From the human T2T-CHM13v2.0 reference genome, Homo sapiens: a stretch of 64,000 bases of DNA. The notes beneath the pieces are model-generated. The model saw only the letters and a list, made by a program, of their open reading frames with translations. It made no database searches and had not been told where the DNA came from. The position numbers were made by a program, and so were the translations under genes. The stretch lies in assembly GCF_009914755.1 (NCBI RefSeq), contig NC_060929.1; one strand, given 5' to 3'. Positions within the stretch are counted from its first letter, which is position 1. Each line of letters begins with the position of its first letter. This document shows positions 40,932-58,906 of this stretch, in pieces.

Positions 40932-41306
40932 TTATACTTTAAGTTCTAGGGTACATGTGCACAACGTGCAGGTTTGTTACATATGTATACATGTGCCATG
41001 TTGGTGTGCTACACCCATTAACTCGTCATTTACATTAGGTATATCTCCTAATGCTATCCCTCCCCCCTCTCCCCACCCCACTACAGGCCCCGGTGTGTGA
41101 TGTTCCCCTTCCTGTGTCCAAGTGTTCTCATTGTTCAGTTCCCACCTGTGAGTGAGAACATGCGGTGTTTGGTTTTTTGTCCTTGCGAACTGGATTAAGA
41201 AAATGTGGCACAAATACACCATGGAATACTATGCAGCCATAAAAAATGATGAGCTCATGTCCTTTGTAGGGACATGGATGAAGCTGGAAACCATCATTCT
41301 TAGCAA
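40882..41306 (-). mobile_element. Relatively young L1PA 3' end with 5' inversion and (TTTA)n tail
   Basis: Antisense 3'UTR at 40882-41188, inverted piece at 41189-41306, TSD AGAATCCGTAATTCTT / AGAATCTGCAGTTCTT. Confidence 0.9.
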
Positions 41307-41343
41307 AGAATCTGCAGTTCTTACATAGGTGTGCTGGCTAAGG

Positions 41344-41500
41344 CAGTGATTCTCAAACTTTAATATGCATGACGCTTACCTGGGGGATTCTCTTAAAATG
41401 CTGATTCCAAAGGTTACTCATTCTCTCAGATATTCTCCTGTAGGTCTTGGTGGGGACTAAGAAATCTGCAGTTCCCTCAGATGATTGTGATTCAGTAATA
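41344..41500. mobile_element. MER5-like DNA transposon relic
   Basis: CAGTGATTCTCAAACTTT...TTAAAATGCTGATTCC. Confidence 0.6.
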
Positions 41501-41611
41501 CAGGGATGGGACGTGATTCACTGCATTAAAAAGTGTTACTGTATATATTGAAAACACAGCTAACAATGAAGACGAGGAAGCATCAGGTGATTTGTTAAAA
41601 CTATTAAGATT

Positions 41612-42325
<714 letters not shown>

Positions 42326-43024
42326 AGAACCTGTCAGGCTTTAATGATTTCTGAATATGAGTACAATATGCTTATTTTATGAAATTGCAAAATTTGGACA
42401 GTTACAAGGAAATGAAAACCACTCAAAATCCGATCTGCAAGGTTGGAAATTTCTTGTCATGACCATTACAAATGGAGATAAAGTATTTCTAAAATTATGA
42501 GGCACATAAATGGAAAAGAAGCTTCCATTAGCATTTCACACTTTTCAGAACACTTTTCATGTGTTAAGTAATAGATTCCTGTTAATTAACAGCTTATTTT
42601 ATTCATTGTTAGTATACCAGATGCAATAAACTGTTTTCCTTCCAATATTTTATTATGAAAATTTTAAAACATATAGACAAGAATGTTGTAATAAATACCC
42701 ATATACCCATTTCCTATATACAATTAGTATTTTGTAATTTCACTACATATATGTACATATAATATTGATAATATTGACTGATTCTTTGAAATATATATTA
42801 TGTATTTAAAGTGTTTATAATATTTGCTGAACTATTTGGAAGTAAGTTTCAGATATCATAATACTTCATCACTAAATATATGCATGTAACATCTAAGAAG
42901 AACATTCTCTTGCATAATGTGATACTCACACTAAAAATATAAAGAACATGAACAATAATTCCCTAATATCATCTGCTCTCAGGCAAGAGTTGTTTTTCTT
43001 TTTTAAAAAATATACCTTAGTTTT

Positions 43025-43299
43025 GGCTAGGTGCAGTGGTTCACACCTGTAATCCCAACACTTTGGGAGGCTGAGGCAGGCAGATGACTTGAGGCCAGGA
43101 GTTCGAGACCAGTCTGGCCAACATGGTGAAACCCCATCTCTACTAAAAATACAAAAATTAGCCAGGTGTGGTGGCGTACACCTGTAGTCCCAGCTACTCA
43201 GGAGGCTGAGGCATGAGAATTGCTTGAACCTGGGGGGCAGAGTTTGCATTGAGTATGCCACTGCACTCCAGCCTGGGCTACAGAGTGAGAATACTGTCT

Positions 43300-43332
<33 letters not shown>

Positions 43333-43335
43333 AAA
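43025..43335 (+). mobile_element. Alu (AluS) with long A tail
   Basis: Sense Alu. Confidence 0.92.
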
Positions 43336-43354
43336 CCACCAAAAATAAAATAAA

Positions 43355-43760
43355 TATAGCTTAGTTTTTAGAACAGTTTTAGGTTCACAGCACAATTGAG
43401 TGCAAAATACAGAGAGTTCCTGTATATCCCCTGCTCCCACACAGGCAAAGCCTTCCCCACTATCAACATCTCCTAACAGAGTGGAACATTTGTTACAATG
43501 GATGAACCTACATTGACACATTGTCATCCAAAGTCCATAATTTACATTAGGGTTCACTCTTGATATTGAACATTTAATGACTTTTGACAAATGTATAACG
43601 ACATGTGCCCACCATTGTAGTATTATACAGAACAGTGTCACTGCCCTAAATATCCTTTGTGCTCTGCCTATTCATCCCTCCCTTCTTTCTGACCACAATT
43701 TATCTTTTGACTGTTTCCATAGTTTGGCTTTTTCCAGGATGTCATACAATTTGATAGTTT
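43355..43760 (-). mobile_element. L1MC-type 3' fragment just upstream of exon 10
   Basis: TTTTAGAACAGTTTTAGGTTCACAGCA...GATGAACCTACATTGACACAT. Confidence 0.75.
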
Positions 43761-43777
43761 TTTTAAATACTTGATAG

Positions 43778-44047
<270 letters not shown>

Positions 44048-44442
44048 TAAATCAAGATGGTTAAACAGACATGGCTGTAATTAGCATTTTCCGTATCCCA
44101 ATTATATTTTGTAGAGTAAAATGAATGCACACATAATAATAAGAAACAGAAGGTGTGTTATACTCATATTTTAGTTGCAAATGTTAAATGTCTTGCAATT
44201 TCCAAGATAAATTAATGACAAAATTTGCATTTTTAACTTTTGATCTAAGTTCGATTATGTCTTCCTTGGTCCCTAATTCAGAGGAGTTATAAATTCTAGC
44301 AAGGGGAAGGCATGAAGTTTTGCCTTCTGTTATGTTCCTATCACCTTTCTTTGTGTGGCCATGGCTTGTGGGCTCCTGAAGTCATACAAAGTAGGATAGT
44401 AACAAGTTGGCTGGCAGAATTTTAACATGTTTTATTGTTATC

Positions 44443-45065
44443 ATCAATTCTTTTATAATGCAACAAATGTGTTTCTAAAAATCATTGAGCTATGCAAAAT
44501 TGCACAATAAAGGGCTTAAGGAAAAAAAATCAGGTTAGAGACACAGCACTCAAATTTTCATCTGTCACACTCATATGAAAAAGACAGGTGCCAATAAAAA
44601 TAGTTGCATGGTTTTATACATGTTAAATTATTAAAAATGTATCTATACTACAATAAGTGTGGTGCATTACCTAGAAAAAGACCTGAAGCTTTCTGGGTTT
44701 TGGAAGGTTTACGGCTTGTGAGTTACTGTGAAGTGCTAGAAGGACGCCAGTCAGAAACCCGACAGACATTTGTAACAGCAGACATGAACAGTATAGTTTA
44801 TAATGCAGGAAATGAACTGACATAGATGTTGAGGGGTGTGTGAGTGTGTGTGTGTGTCAACGCACATGCGTATGCATGAGTTTTGTATATTCCTATGTGG
44901 CTTGTTTCCACTGTGTGAAGCATTTTGTGTTCACCCTGTGTTTCATGTGGACATAGTTGTACATAAGAAAATCTCAAATCTGTGCTATACTCAAAATTTT
45001 CAGTATATCAATCTCAATGGAACAAATTCCCCTTATCAAAACAAACATTATAGCAGAACCGATTC
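44443..45065. mobile_element. Tigger-family DNA transposon relic (Tigger13a-like)
   Basis: Inverted termini TCAATTCTTTTATAATG ... CATTATAGCAGAACCGA; internal CTAAAAATCA..GCTATGCAAAAT. Confidence 0.65.
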
Positions 45066-45872
45066 TATGATTTATTCCCTGCATGAAAGTCAATGTTCCA
45101 GGCAAAGCCTGATTTTCAGAGATACATTTCATAAACTCAAAAATTGCAATAGGTCCTCAAGTCCCCTCCTAACACCCATAAATTGCCCATTGGCTTCCAA
45201 ATATGGGTGAGGGAGGGAGGGTGAAATTTTCCTAGAAAGTCTTATCTTAAAGGACCATCTGTTAATATTCAAAATGGCCTGTATTCATTGTCAGCATCCC
45301 ATACAAATCTTTAGAAACTCTTGATTACATTAAATTATTGATTAGAGAAAGACACATGTTCTTTAACAGTCTCCATGTACTTTTCCACATAGGACTATAA
45401 ATTATCATATTTGTGCTACCTTTTTAGCAGGGCAAAAAAGGAACAGAGAAAGAAAAGGCACTATGCAGGTACAGGTACATGACTATGCAAAGCCATCGTG
45501 TTCGCAACAGCTTGGGCTCTCAGGAACCAATGGTGCATATCTCTTCCCAGTTCAGGCATCATGGTGGCAGCCTGAAATTGGCTATGGTGAGAGCAGTTAC
45601 ACTGCAGAAACTGGCAAATGCTACAAAGCAGAGACATTTCTGTTCCTGGGAGAGCAGACTGTTAAAACTGAGTCAGCACATCTGTGATTTCAAGGTTGCT
45701 TTTCTTCTGAAATAGCCAACGCAGAGTAATAATGTTTACCTGTTTTAAATTTCTCCATGAGGAAAGAATCCATGATTTCCACTAAGAGATATGTTAAATC
45801 TCTCAGTCAGGAAATTTAATTCTAAATTTAATTTCACTTGCTTCTTTGCTGTAACTAGAAAATGAATGTCCT

Positions 45873-46182
<310 letters not shown>

Positions 46183-46457
46183 GTTTTTTTTTGTTTTTTT
46201 TTTTTTTAAATCTTACGCATGCACAGAAGATATATAAAAAATTCCTCCCCCATGTGACCCTAATTTTCCCTAAGTTTGTCTTGATTTTGTTGCAAAGAGA
46301 GTGCACTGTTTTCCTTTGTATTTGCATAAGAAACAATTGTAACAAACTTACCCGTGGCTTTTGATTTTGTTTTAATGAGAGTCGTGCCTAAACATGAAAA
46401 GCAAAATATTCTTGCCTAAATCCCTGATTACTGACTATAATGTCTTTATCTCTATAG

Positions 46458-46775
<318 letters not shown>

Positions 46776-47839
46776 TGAAGAGATGAAGTCTCAAATGAAT
46801 TTAGAATCCTCCTTCCCTTTCCTACTTCCAGATTATAGCTACTGTGGTTAAGGCTCTTTGCTGTTATCTCTATTTATCCATCTGAAGTAACAGCCCCACT
46901 GTGCCCTCCACTTCCCATTCTCTATTAGAATAGAGTTATGATTAAAACACCTTCATCCTCTGTAATTACCTCAATAAGGTTTTGCTGTAGCAAAGGTCTG
47001 TGGAGCTTGTATATTTGCATTGCCTAATCTTTCTGATGGCATGCTCTTTGAAACATTTCTATTTCTATTCTGTGTGATGTACTATCAATCACTCACAAAT
47101 ATTTGTTGAACATCTGCTGTGTGCTCTACGGTGTATATGGTGCTTCAAGCACTTAGTACAGGGCTATGTGAAATTGACTTTATGAGTAGTCAAAGTATGA
47201 CTACAATCTATATACTTTTGTTTCTATATTTATGTACATGTCTGTCTCTTCTAGAACGCTCATTACTTAAGGTCAGGGCTGTTTGATTCCTTTCTTTATT
47301 CCCAGAGCTTGACAAAAGGCTTGATTCATAGAAGTCACTAAATGAACGATAAATGAATAAATATAAGACTAAACTATAGAGGCTTATATACAAGCATTAC
47401 AAAGGCATCCTTATCCCTAAATGTCTCTCCAAGTGGCCTGTTCTGGTAATTAAAATTCTACGACTGTGATTCATTCCTTTGTGGCTTGGATTTCCCCTTA
47501 TCTGTTAAAATGGAAGCACACTCTCCTGCTGTCTAATTAAATAGAATGGTAACATTTCCTGCCCACCTCCATTCACTGTTGTGAGAAGTAAATAAATGAT
47601 ACAACGTACGTAAAAGTGCTTTGAAACAGTTGTAAAATAATCAACAAATTAAGGATATTATTGCAAGAGGTTCACTAATGCAACCTTAATATGGACATTC
47701 CTAGTCTGTATGTAGAGCCATTCTGAACATTGTAGAAAACCTCAATGAAGAGTGAAGGTAATCAATATCCAGAATGATCTCTTCCTCCAATTAACTTGTT
47801 AGCAGGAAGCATAGCACTAAGTTCCCAAGCCCTCTTTAA

Positions 47840-48046
<207 letters not shown>

Positions 48047-49804
48047 TAATGGAGACCCGACCCCCTGGCAGTTGCATAGAACACAGTACCCTCTGCAGTT
48101 AGCATGGAACACATGATTGCTGCTGTCGAGAGATTTAGAAGTTAAATGGCTATTTTTACCAGGGACTGCTTTGTCCCTTAGCACTAGGGTGAGTTGAAGG
48201 AGCTTGCTCTGTGTGCTTCAGGTTTTCCTGAAACAAGTGTTACAAAAGGCTGGGTAACTGGGAGTAGTCCTGCTGAGTGGATACGATCATTCTCATTCGT
48301 TTTGGCCACCTACTTGCTGTGTGACCTTGGGCAAGTTACTGGCCACATCTCTAAAATTAGCATGATAATAGCAGGTAAACTGATACTAAGATTATCTGTT
48401 TATTGTTACTGTCAGAATTAAATGAGATTAAGCACCCAAAGTGATTACTAAGCATTCATTAAAGTTTGTATTACTTTTCAGATACACCTTTCTTACTCAT
48501 TTATTTTTTGGATTAAGCATAGAGCCAGTTGCTTGAGATGGAGAATATCTTGGTGGGTAAACCCAGTAGCCTGGCACTAAACTTCCCATTTGTCAGGACC
48601 CTGCAAAAGCCATCTCAAAAATGCTCAGTTGATGAATCATAGCCCTGGGTCAGAATTCTTTATGCCACACCCTACTGTTTTACATTGTCCTTAGTAATTT
48701 TTGCTGACTGGACTTGGCAAAATATTCTAGTAAGATAATTTGAAGGTCATGTGAGTTGAAGAAAGAGATGAGGTGCTTGGGTATCTGGTAGAAGCGTAGG
48801 GTGAATAAAGAAAAAAGAATAAGTTGGGAAGCCTTATTCCTAAATCTTTGGTGCCTTGTAATCTGGCATTAATCAGTATCTCTTGACTGAGGAAGCTGGC
48901 AAGCATGTGAACTATGGTGGGAAGAGGATGCTGGCTGCTGTGCACATGTTTCTGGGAGGATGAGGGTCTGGGAGGAGATCTCTGAGAGGATGCATTTTTC
49001 CTGCTTTTTGACATAAAGCTAGGAGGAGAGGTACATCCTAAGAAAGTCATTGAAGAGATTTTTCACTCTTGGTGCTCAGGGGAGGGGAAGTATCATCTTT
49101 CTCAGTACAAATAGGAAAATTAAACTTGCCACAGTTTCCTCAAAGTATGGCAAGATTATAAGGAACTCAGATGAGAAGGAGGCCACACTCCCAGGCTATT
49201 TGTACTGCTTTCTCTCAGATTTTGTGTCTCTAGAGTGGAGATAATATTAGTGTTATTTTGACCTTAGAGGCAGTCTTGAAAACCATTGTTTAATGACAGA
49301 TGTCATCATTATCTTTATCTTTATTACAGGCTCCCCCAAGAGATAGTCATAGTGATGGTAAAGTGTCAGGATTGGCACTTGTGGGATGATATTAGGACTT
49401 CTGTTCTCCCATCTTCCTTTTAGGCTTAAGATTCTTACTCCAAGCCTTACTTAAACTTGCTTTCACCAAATAATGTGCTTTCAGTTATACACGTTCAGAA
49501 AAAAATGTAGACACTAAGACTTCGTATTTCTCTATTGCCTTGTGAGAGGTAGAAGGTGCACAATTGTAGGAGCCTAATTGACTATACGTAAATCCAGCTT
49601 TGGTATTTATTAGTTCATAATCTTGGACAAGTTATTTGAACTTTCTGTGCCATTGTTTTTTCCATGTATCTCATGGTGTTGCTGTATGAATTGAGATAAT
49701 GCATATATGCAGAGCAACTGCCATGGTGCCTGACACATAGTAAATGCTTAGTAAAAGGTAGTTATAATTTTGTGTTACCTCTCTTTTGGGGTCACTAACT
49801 CTAA

Positions 49805-50112
<308 letters not shown>

Positions 50113-50406
50113 AATACCTTATTTTCAATACAGAATTAATTCTGTATTAAATGAATTTCAGAACCAAACGGCAAGAGGAAAAATAGGTTTTGAAACAGGT
50201 GACCTCTAGAAAGCAGAAAGTAGTATGTTGGCCAAAGACTTTCTTTTTCTTTTCATTCTTTCTGTTTGTTTTTCATACTACTGACCTAGCAGCTATTTAA
50301 ATCACTGTCTTTTGTTAGCTTGAGTTTATGTTTGAGTTTTCTACCACAGGATGTAAGCAGATATTTGGTTCTAAGAATGATAAAAATATTACACCAATGT
50401 ACTTAA

Positions 50407-50628
<222 letters not shown>

Positions 50629-51395
50629 TAATGCTCTAACTTCTATCTCTCTGCTGAGCCCATAACCTATTTTCTTCCTCCATGGTGAAGCCGTGCCAAA
50701 AATATTTTATATATGCATTTTAGTTTTAGTGGTGAGGGTTTTAGTGTGTGACTTTTTTTCTTTGGCCCAAGGTGATGTGAATTCTGCAGAAGGCAGTGTA
50801 TCTTCTATGGTGTGGGAAATCAACACTGCCACCCAGTGAATCAAAAATGTAATCATGCCAGAGGGCTACTAAACACTGCCACCCTAAACACCAAACTGCG
50901 AATCTACAAGCTTGCTCTTTAACTCACAGAGCTTCTCTTATTTTTGCCACTGACTTTTTTTTTTCCCCCTCATAACTGTAGGCCCTGGGATGAAGTATTA
51001 GGTTTATTCCAGGAGTCAATAAGACAGTTAGCTAGAGTCTAGTGAGATATGGATCATTCTACTTTGAGCAATTGAACCTTCCTGTTCAGGAAAGAAGAGT
51101 AGTCATCTGCCATTTGTCATTCTAGGGACTTTTGTTGTTCTTGGCTTTTGGGACATTTTCGTTAATGCTGCTCTCAGTCTTTATGATGAGGCTTTGGCCT
51201 GAAGCCCCAGTGGTGCCTCTTCATGGCTCACACAGGATATTGTTCATGAGGACTCTCTCCATGTTACCAGCACTGCTTTCCTCACAAGGGATTTTGCTTT
51301 TCAAACCCCAGGCCCTTGAACATGCATTCACTGAAAATTTACTGTTTCCCCAAATGTAGGCACTATTGGGAGATGAAAGTTGTGTGTTCACGCAA

Positions 51396-51430
51396 GTGTG
51401 TGTGTGTGTTTGTGTAGAGAGAGAGAGAGA
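51396..51430. repeat. (GT)n(GA)n microsatellite
   Basis: Direct reading. Confidence 0.85.
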
Positions 51431-52443
51431 AAATCAACCTAGCATCTCTACCACCCATTCTGTCCTACCACAGCCACCGTAATTCATGGAGTTCCTGAAT
51501 GGAACATATGCTCAGAGAATAGGCCAAGCAAACTCATGCATGTTAGCAAACCATGAGGCTGCTGTCCCCAACTGCAGTGTGTGTGGTGTTGTTTTAGGAG
51601 CCAGGAGTCCCAAATATTGCTCTGTGGACTGGCTGCATCCGAATGACTCAGGGAACTTAAAACTAGAGATGGCTCTTTCTCACTTGTCCTCCACGTTTTC
51701 TGATTTGATAGTTTGGGAGTACAGCCTAAGAGTCTATTTTGTAATTTCTACAAGTGATTATGATATACAGCCGCATTTGTGCACTGTTGAATCAGACTTC
51801 CTCATATGAAAGTTTTTGTTTTGTTTTGTTTTTGCAAGGTGGAGGAAGGAATAGGATCATGAGTCGAAACAGAACATGTGCTCCTCCCCATTTCCCTCAA
51901 ACCTCAGCATCAGCCTGGCCCATTCTGTTTTCTACTAACTTCCATGATAGAGCCAGAGTGGGCCAGGAAGCACATACTGACAATGGGAAGGAGATATCAG
52001 GAAATCTTGTTCTAATCCCTAGAGCAGAGCTGGTCAAGGCCTGAGCTCCAAGCCCTCTCCCAGGCTTGAGTTTTTCACCATCCCCTTGGGTGGAAGACAA
52101 TGAGAAGGGTAAGGAAAGAGAGACCCTAAATGAGTGTGATTACCCTTCATCCACCCCCAGGCTCAGACTTCAAATTCCACCTTGCTTCGCCATGAAAGCT
52201 CGCTTCCTGCCATTATAGGTTAGTGAAACGTTCTTGAATCTGACCCAGCCCCAGCAGCATTCCATACATATAGTGTGGAGTAGGAGGGTAGGATGGGAGA
52301 AGATCAACATTATGCTTCCCCTAAAAGTTATCAGCAAGAAACTTAAACTTTCATGAACATACTAATAGGATTGGAAAATTTCTGGGTGTTCATACTGACA
52401 TTTTGTAGGCAGTATGGCAGTATTGTCAATGAACAGCTCATAA

Positions 52444-52781
<338 letters not shown>

Positions 52782-53163
52782 TGAAGAGTTGACTGACAAA
52801 GATGTTCTCCAAATCTAATAAAGAACTGATTTTTCCTAAAAGTTAAAGGAAAAGAAATTATTTGGACAGTGTCCAAATAATTTTAATAGAATGTAATTTT
52901 AGTAGAATGCTTAGTATAGTCCTTGGTATTTTGGGAGCAATCAATACATTATAGACAGTGGTATTAATAGTTTTATTTCAATTAATGGTGGTGCTAGTGT
53001 TATTGACTATATAGGGGAAAATGTTTTTATAGACACTTTTCTGAATCAATTAAATGTAGCTTGCCTGATGATTATGATTTATAGACTGAATATATGTAAA
53101 GAAACGTTTTGTTAATGCAAAATAGACAAACTCTTTCCTTTTCCATCTTTTACTTTTGTTTAG

Positions 53164-53322
<159 letters not shown>

Positions 53323-53978
53323 TAAGATGAGAAAATTACGTGGAAGAGAATGAATCAAGATAAATAACACTCACCATATGGCCCATGTGTTGGCCTTCCT
53401 TTCCTGTAAGGCTGACATGATCCTGTTCAAGTTTTAGGAGCGACTTGAATAAGCCCTCCGCCTTCTCTAGTTGGTAATGTTCCCATTCAGTGAGGTCAAT
53501 TTCATTGCAATTTAAAACTTTCTGGTGCAAATTAAAGTAGGCCAGGGAATTCTCTTTAGATGAAGACCATTAGGATATTCTTTAGAGTTCAGTTACTCAG
53601 GATGTACCACAATCAATCAACTTTCTTAAATGCTTTGCTTCCTGTTCTGTTTGGATAGAGGCATCTGAATAACAGCATCTGCATGCTGCACCACCCTAAA
53701 ACTACTCTGGCTTCCATCTCTCTTGCAATATAAGTTTGTTCAGCAAATGAATAGGCCGAGCTGCAGTGATACATTTTTCCTAAATCAGTTGCTCTGTGCT
53801 ATATGAGGAAAGCGCTAGTGTACACACACACACATACATATATTTCTCCCTTTGGGAATATACCTATTGTGAAATTTCTGAGTAATTGGGTATTCATACA
53901 TTGGGTATACATACATTTAGATTTAGTGGAGGCTGCCAGCCTTCCAAGTGGTTGTACTGATTTACATCTCTAGCATAA

Positions 53979-54368
<390 letters not shown>

Positions 54369-54519
54369 TATTTTTATATTTTTTCTAATGACTAATAATG
54401 TTAAGCTTGTTTTCATATGTTTGTTAGCCATTGGTTATATTCTTTGGAGAAATGGCTGTCTATGTCTTTTGTCCATTAAAAATAATCGGTTTGTCTGTCT
54501 TTTTCTTATTTTTTAATTT

Positions 54520-55275
54520 AATTTAATTTTTAATTTTAATTTTTAAAAATTTCCATAGGTTTTTGGGGAACAGATGGTGTTCGGTTACATGAGTAAGTTC
54601 TTTAGTGGTGATTGTGAGATTTTGGTGCACCCGTCACTCAGGCAGTACACACTGCACCCAGTTTGTAGTCTTTTATCCCTTACCCCCTTCCCACCCTTTC
54701 TCTCTGAATCCCCAAAGTCCATTGCATCAGTCTTATGCCTTTGCATCCTCATAGCTTAGCTCCCACTTGTGAGTGAGAACATGCAATGTTTGGTTTTCTT
54801 TCTTTTTTTTTTTTTGAGATGGAGTCTCTCTCTGTTGCCCAAGCTGGAGTGCAGTGGCACAATCTCAGCTCACTGCAACCTCTGCCTCCTGGGTTCAACA
54901 TTCAAACAATTCTCCTGCCTCAGCCTTCTGAGTAGCTGGGACTACAGGTGCACACCACCATGACCGGCTAATTTTTGTATTTTTAGTAGAGATGGGGTTC
55001 CACTCTGTTGGCCAGGATGGTCTTGAACTCCTGACCTCGTGATCTGCCTGAATCGGCCTCCCAAAGTGCTGGGATTACAGGCATGAGCTACCATGCCTGG
55101 CACAATATTTGGTTTTTAATTCCTGAGTTACTTCACTTAGAATAATAGTCTCCAGTCTCATCCACGTTGCTGAGAATGCCATTAATTAATTCCTTTTTAT
55201 GGCTGAGTAGTATTCTATCGTATATATATACCACAGTTTCTTTATCCACTCATTCATTGACTGATGGGCATTGTC
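54520..55275 (-). mobile_element. L1PB-type 3' end with nested antisense Alu (~54795-55102)
   Basis: TTTCCATAGGTTTTTGGGGAACAG..GGTTACATGAGTAAGTTCTTTAGTGGTGA is an L1PB 3'UTR motif. Confidence 0.85.
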
Positions 55276-55483
55276 TTTTACTTATTAATCTCTCTCTCTC
55301 TCTTTCTCTTGGAATCCTTAAGCAGAAACAAATGAAATAGAATATGAATATGAATATTTGCTAGTTGGGAGTTAATAAAGCCAAAAGTTTGTTCTTTGAA
55401 AAGATTAATAAGAAACTTCTACTTGAAGGGCTTCTTTTCCTTTATTGTGAACCGACTGATGAAATGTCTGTCTTTTACCTTGA

Positions 55484-55788
<305 letters not shown>

Positions 55789-55827
55789 GGATATTTTTAT
55801 TAGGTAAGACATTCTAAGCTAGCAGTT

Positions 55828-55916
55828 ATTTTTTATTTTATTTATTTATTTATTTATTTGAGACGGAGTTTCATTCTTGTCTCCCAGGCTGGATTGCAAT
55901 GGAGTGATCTTGGCTC
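55828..55916 (-). mobile_element. Alu 3' stub with (TTTA)n tail, fused to non-Alu sequence
   Basis: Alu homology stops at GATCTTGGCTC. Confidence 0.85.
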
Positions 55917-56545
55917 CAATCTTCACACCATATTTTGGCAGTTCATGTGCATACACTGCACAGACTATCACGTTCCCTTCTACACAGGACTAAGCAATCT
56001 GACAAATGATAACTCTGTTTGTTACATAAAATATCATCCTGTATTTGGGTGTGCTGTATTTATTTTTATCCTGTATCACCAAGCATTTCCGAACATAGTG
56101 ATCAGTTTTACCCTCTTGTCATCTTCTAAATTTCACTTAGTATCTTTTAAAGTAGGCCTTATTATTAACAACTTTAACAAACCCCATCCTGTGGGACAGA
56201 GACCTGCGTTTGTGGCTTGACAGAGACCTGCAGGCCCAGTAGTGCTGGGGTGGGAAAAGGGTATTATTAATTGTTTTTTGCTTTTGGTTTTCTCCAGCAA
56301 CTTTACTCTGATGTCTAGGTATAATTTTCTTTATATTTTTCTGGGCTTTTACTGAACCTGTGCTTTAAGTCTTTTGTCAGTTTTAGACCATTTCTTGACC
56401 ATTATGTCCTAAAACATCGCTTCTGTCCCATTCTTCCTCACTTGTCCTTATGGGACACAAATTATACATTTTTTGGACCATTATATTTTTTAACATCCTT
56501 TTTTTGTTTGTTTTCCATCTTTTCCCCCTCTGTTTCATTCTAAAT

Positions 56546-56849
<304 letters not shown>

Positions 56850-56978
56850 TCATTCTAAATATTTTCAACTGACCTATCTTCCAATTTATTAATTCTCTGT
56901 ATATTTCTGTATAATCTCCTTTTAAGAACTCTATTATAGAGTTTTAAATTTTATCAATTTTATTTTTCAACTTAAAAC

Positions 56979-56981
<3 letters not shown>

Positions 56982-57022
<41 letters not shown>

Positions 57023-57309
57023 TTTTTGAGACAGATTTTACTCCTGTCACCCATGCTGAAGTGCAGTGGTGCGATCTTGGCTCACTGTAATCTCTGCCTC
57101 CTGGGCTCAAGCAATTCTCCTGCCTCAGCCTCCTGAGTAGCTGGGATTATAGACGCTTGCCACAGTGCCCAGCTAATTTTGTACTTTTTAGTAGAGACGG
57201 GGTTTCACCATGTTGCCGTGGCTGTTCTCAAACTCCTGAGCTCAAGTGATCTGCCTGCTTCAGTCTCCCAAAGTGCTGGGATTATAGGTGTGAGCCATCG
57301 TGCCTGGCT
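56982..57309 (-). mobile_element. Alu with (TA)n-T tail
   Basis: Antisense Alu. Confidence 0.9.
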
Positions 57310-58906
57310 ATTTTTCAATTTTAGAGGTTTCATTTGTCTACTTTTTTACTGCAAAGTGAATTTTTAAATTAATAACTTCATTTTTAGAGCAGTTTTAGCT
57401 TACAAAAAACTGACTAGAAAGTACAGAGAGCGCCCATCTACTTCCTTACTTCCCGCCCAGTTTCCCTATTAGGTATTAATATCTTCCATTAATGTGGTAT
57501 ATTTATTATAATGAATGAGCCTATATTCTTACATTATTATATTTAAAAATATTAAAATTTTTCACTTAAAATATAGTTTTTAAGCGATGTTTTGATATGT
57601 GTAAACAGTGTGTAATAAGCAAATCAGAGTAAATAACATCAATTACTTCAAACATTTATGTTTACTGTTTTATATTTTCTAATTCTCTGTTGTAATTCTC
57701 CATCTTGTCATTTAAAAAAATATATTAATTTCAGTTGTTTCAGGGCCTGTATCTGTTAATTTCATTCTTTAGGTAAGTCTGTTACTGTAAGTCTGTTTCT
57801 ATTGTTTTTTTTGGTTGGAATTTGGTCAATTCTTGTCTTTTTGAATGTTAAATTAGTTTTAATTGAATGTCAGACTTTACGTATGAAAATTTAAAAATTG
57901 GATGATGCTATCTTCCTCTAGAGAAGACTAACTTTTGTTTATGGCAACCAGTGAGGCTGGCTTATGTCTGGGTTATCTCTATTCCAAGGATGTGGCCATT
58001 AAGGGATTCCAACTGAAGGTATGGGCTTTCTACCTGGCCCCTTCTTTTTGACAGGACTGGACTCTAGTTTTTAAAACCCTGGTCCTGTGAGACTGCTAAA
58101 AGCTGTTTATCTTTTTAGCCTCTGAGCTATGGTTTTCTCTTCAGTTTAGCAGCCTTTCAGCATATTTTCTTTTTTTTTTTAATTTACAAATACCTCAAGG
58201 AAAAATGTGTTACCAAATGTAAATGTAATCACCACATTAGACTTCCCTTCTCTCTGAAATCTTGGACTTTCAAACTTGCACTGCCTTGTTAGTGCTCTGA
58301 TTCTTTCAGAAATAGTTTTCCTTTTAATTTTGTACAGTCTTTCTATTTTTTTTGTCTTGGTAGGAGATTTAATGTCAAAACAGCAAACGCATTAGAAACA
58401 AGCAGATTCAATACTAGATTATGAAGTTTTGGAAGGCATAAGATGTGACTTGTACTTTGCTGTGTCCCAAGCAGTGCACAACATATTTGGCAAAATATAG
58501 GCATTCAAAAAGTGCTGTGGATTTTTGTATATATTCATGGAGTATTAGCTCAATTTTGCTACACTGATATATCTCATTGTGATGAAGTCAAAGCTTTCAG
58601 TGCATCCATCAAATGCTGTTTTTGAATGAATAAATGAATGAATGGGTTTTCTGATGACAGTGCTGTAAAGATACAGCAATACTTTGTAGAATATTGTCCA
58701 AAGTCCATTAGGGATATTAGCAAGATTTTTTTTTTAATCATGAATTCTGACTTGCTGTTTATACTATGTGTGTTTTTTCTTTTTCTCTGTTCTTTTTTGA
58801 AGTAAGCTATTTGAGCTAATGAATGTAATTGAGTAAGAAAGAATACAGATGAAAAGTCAGGGAACACTGAACACTTTTATGTCTGCAAGTTTAAAGGTGG
58901 TGCTTT

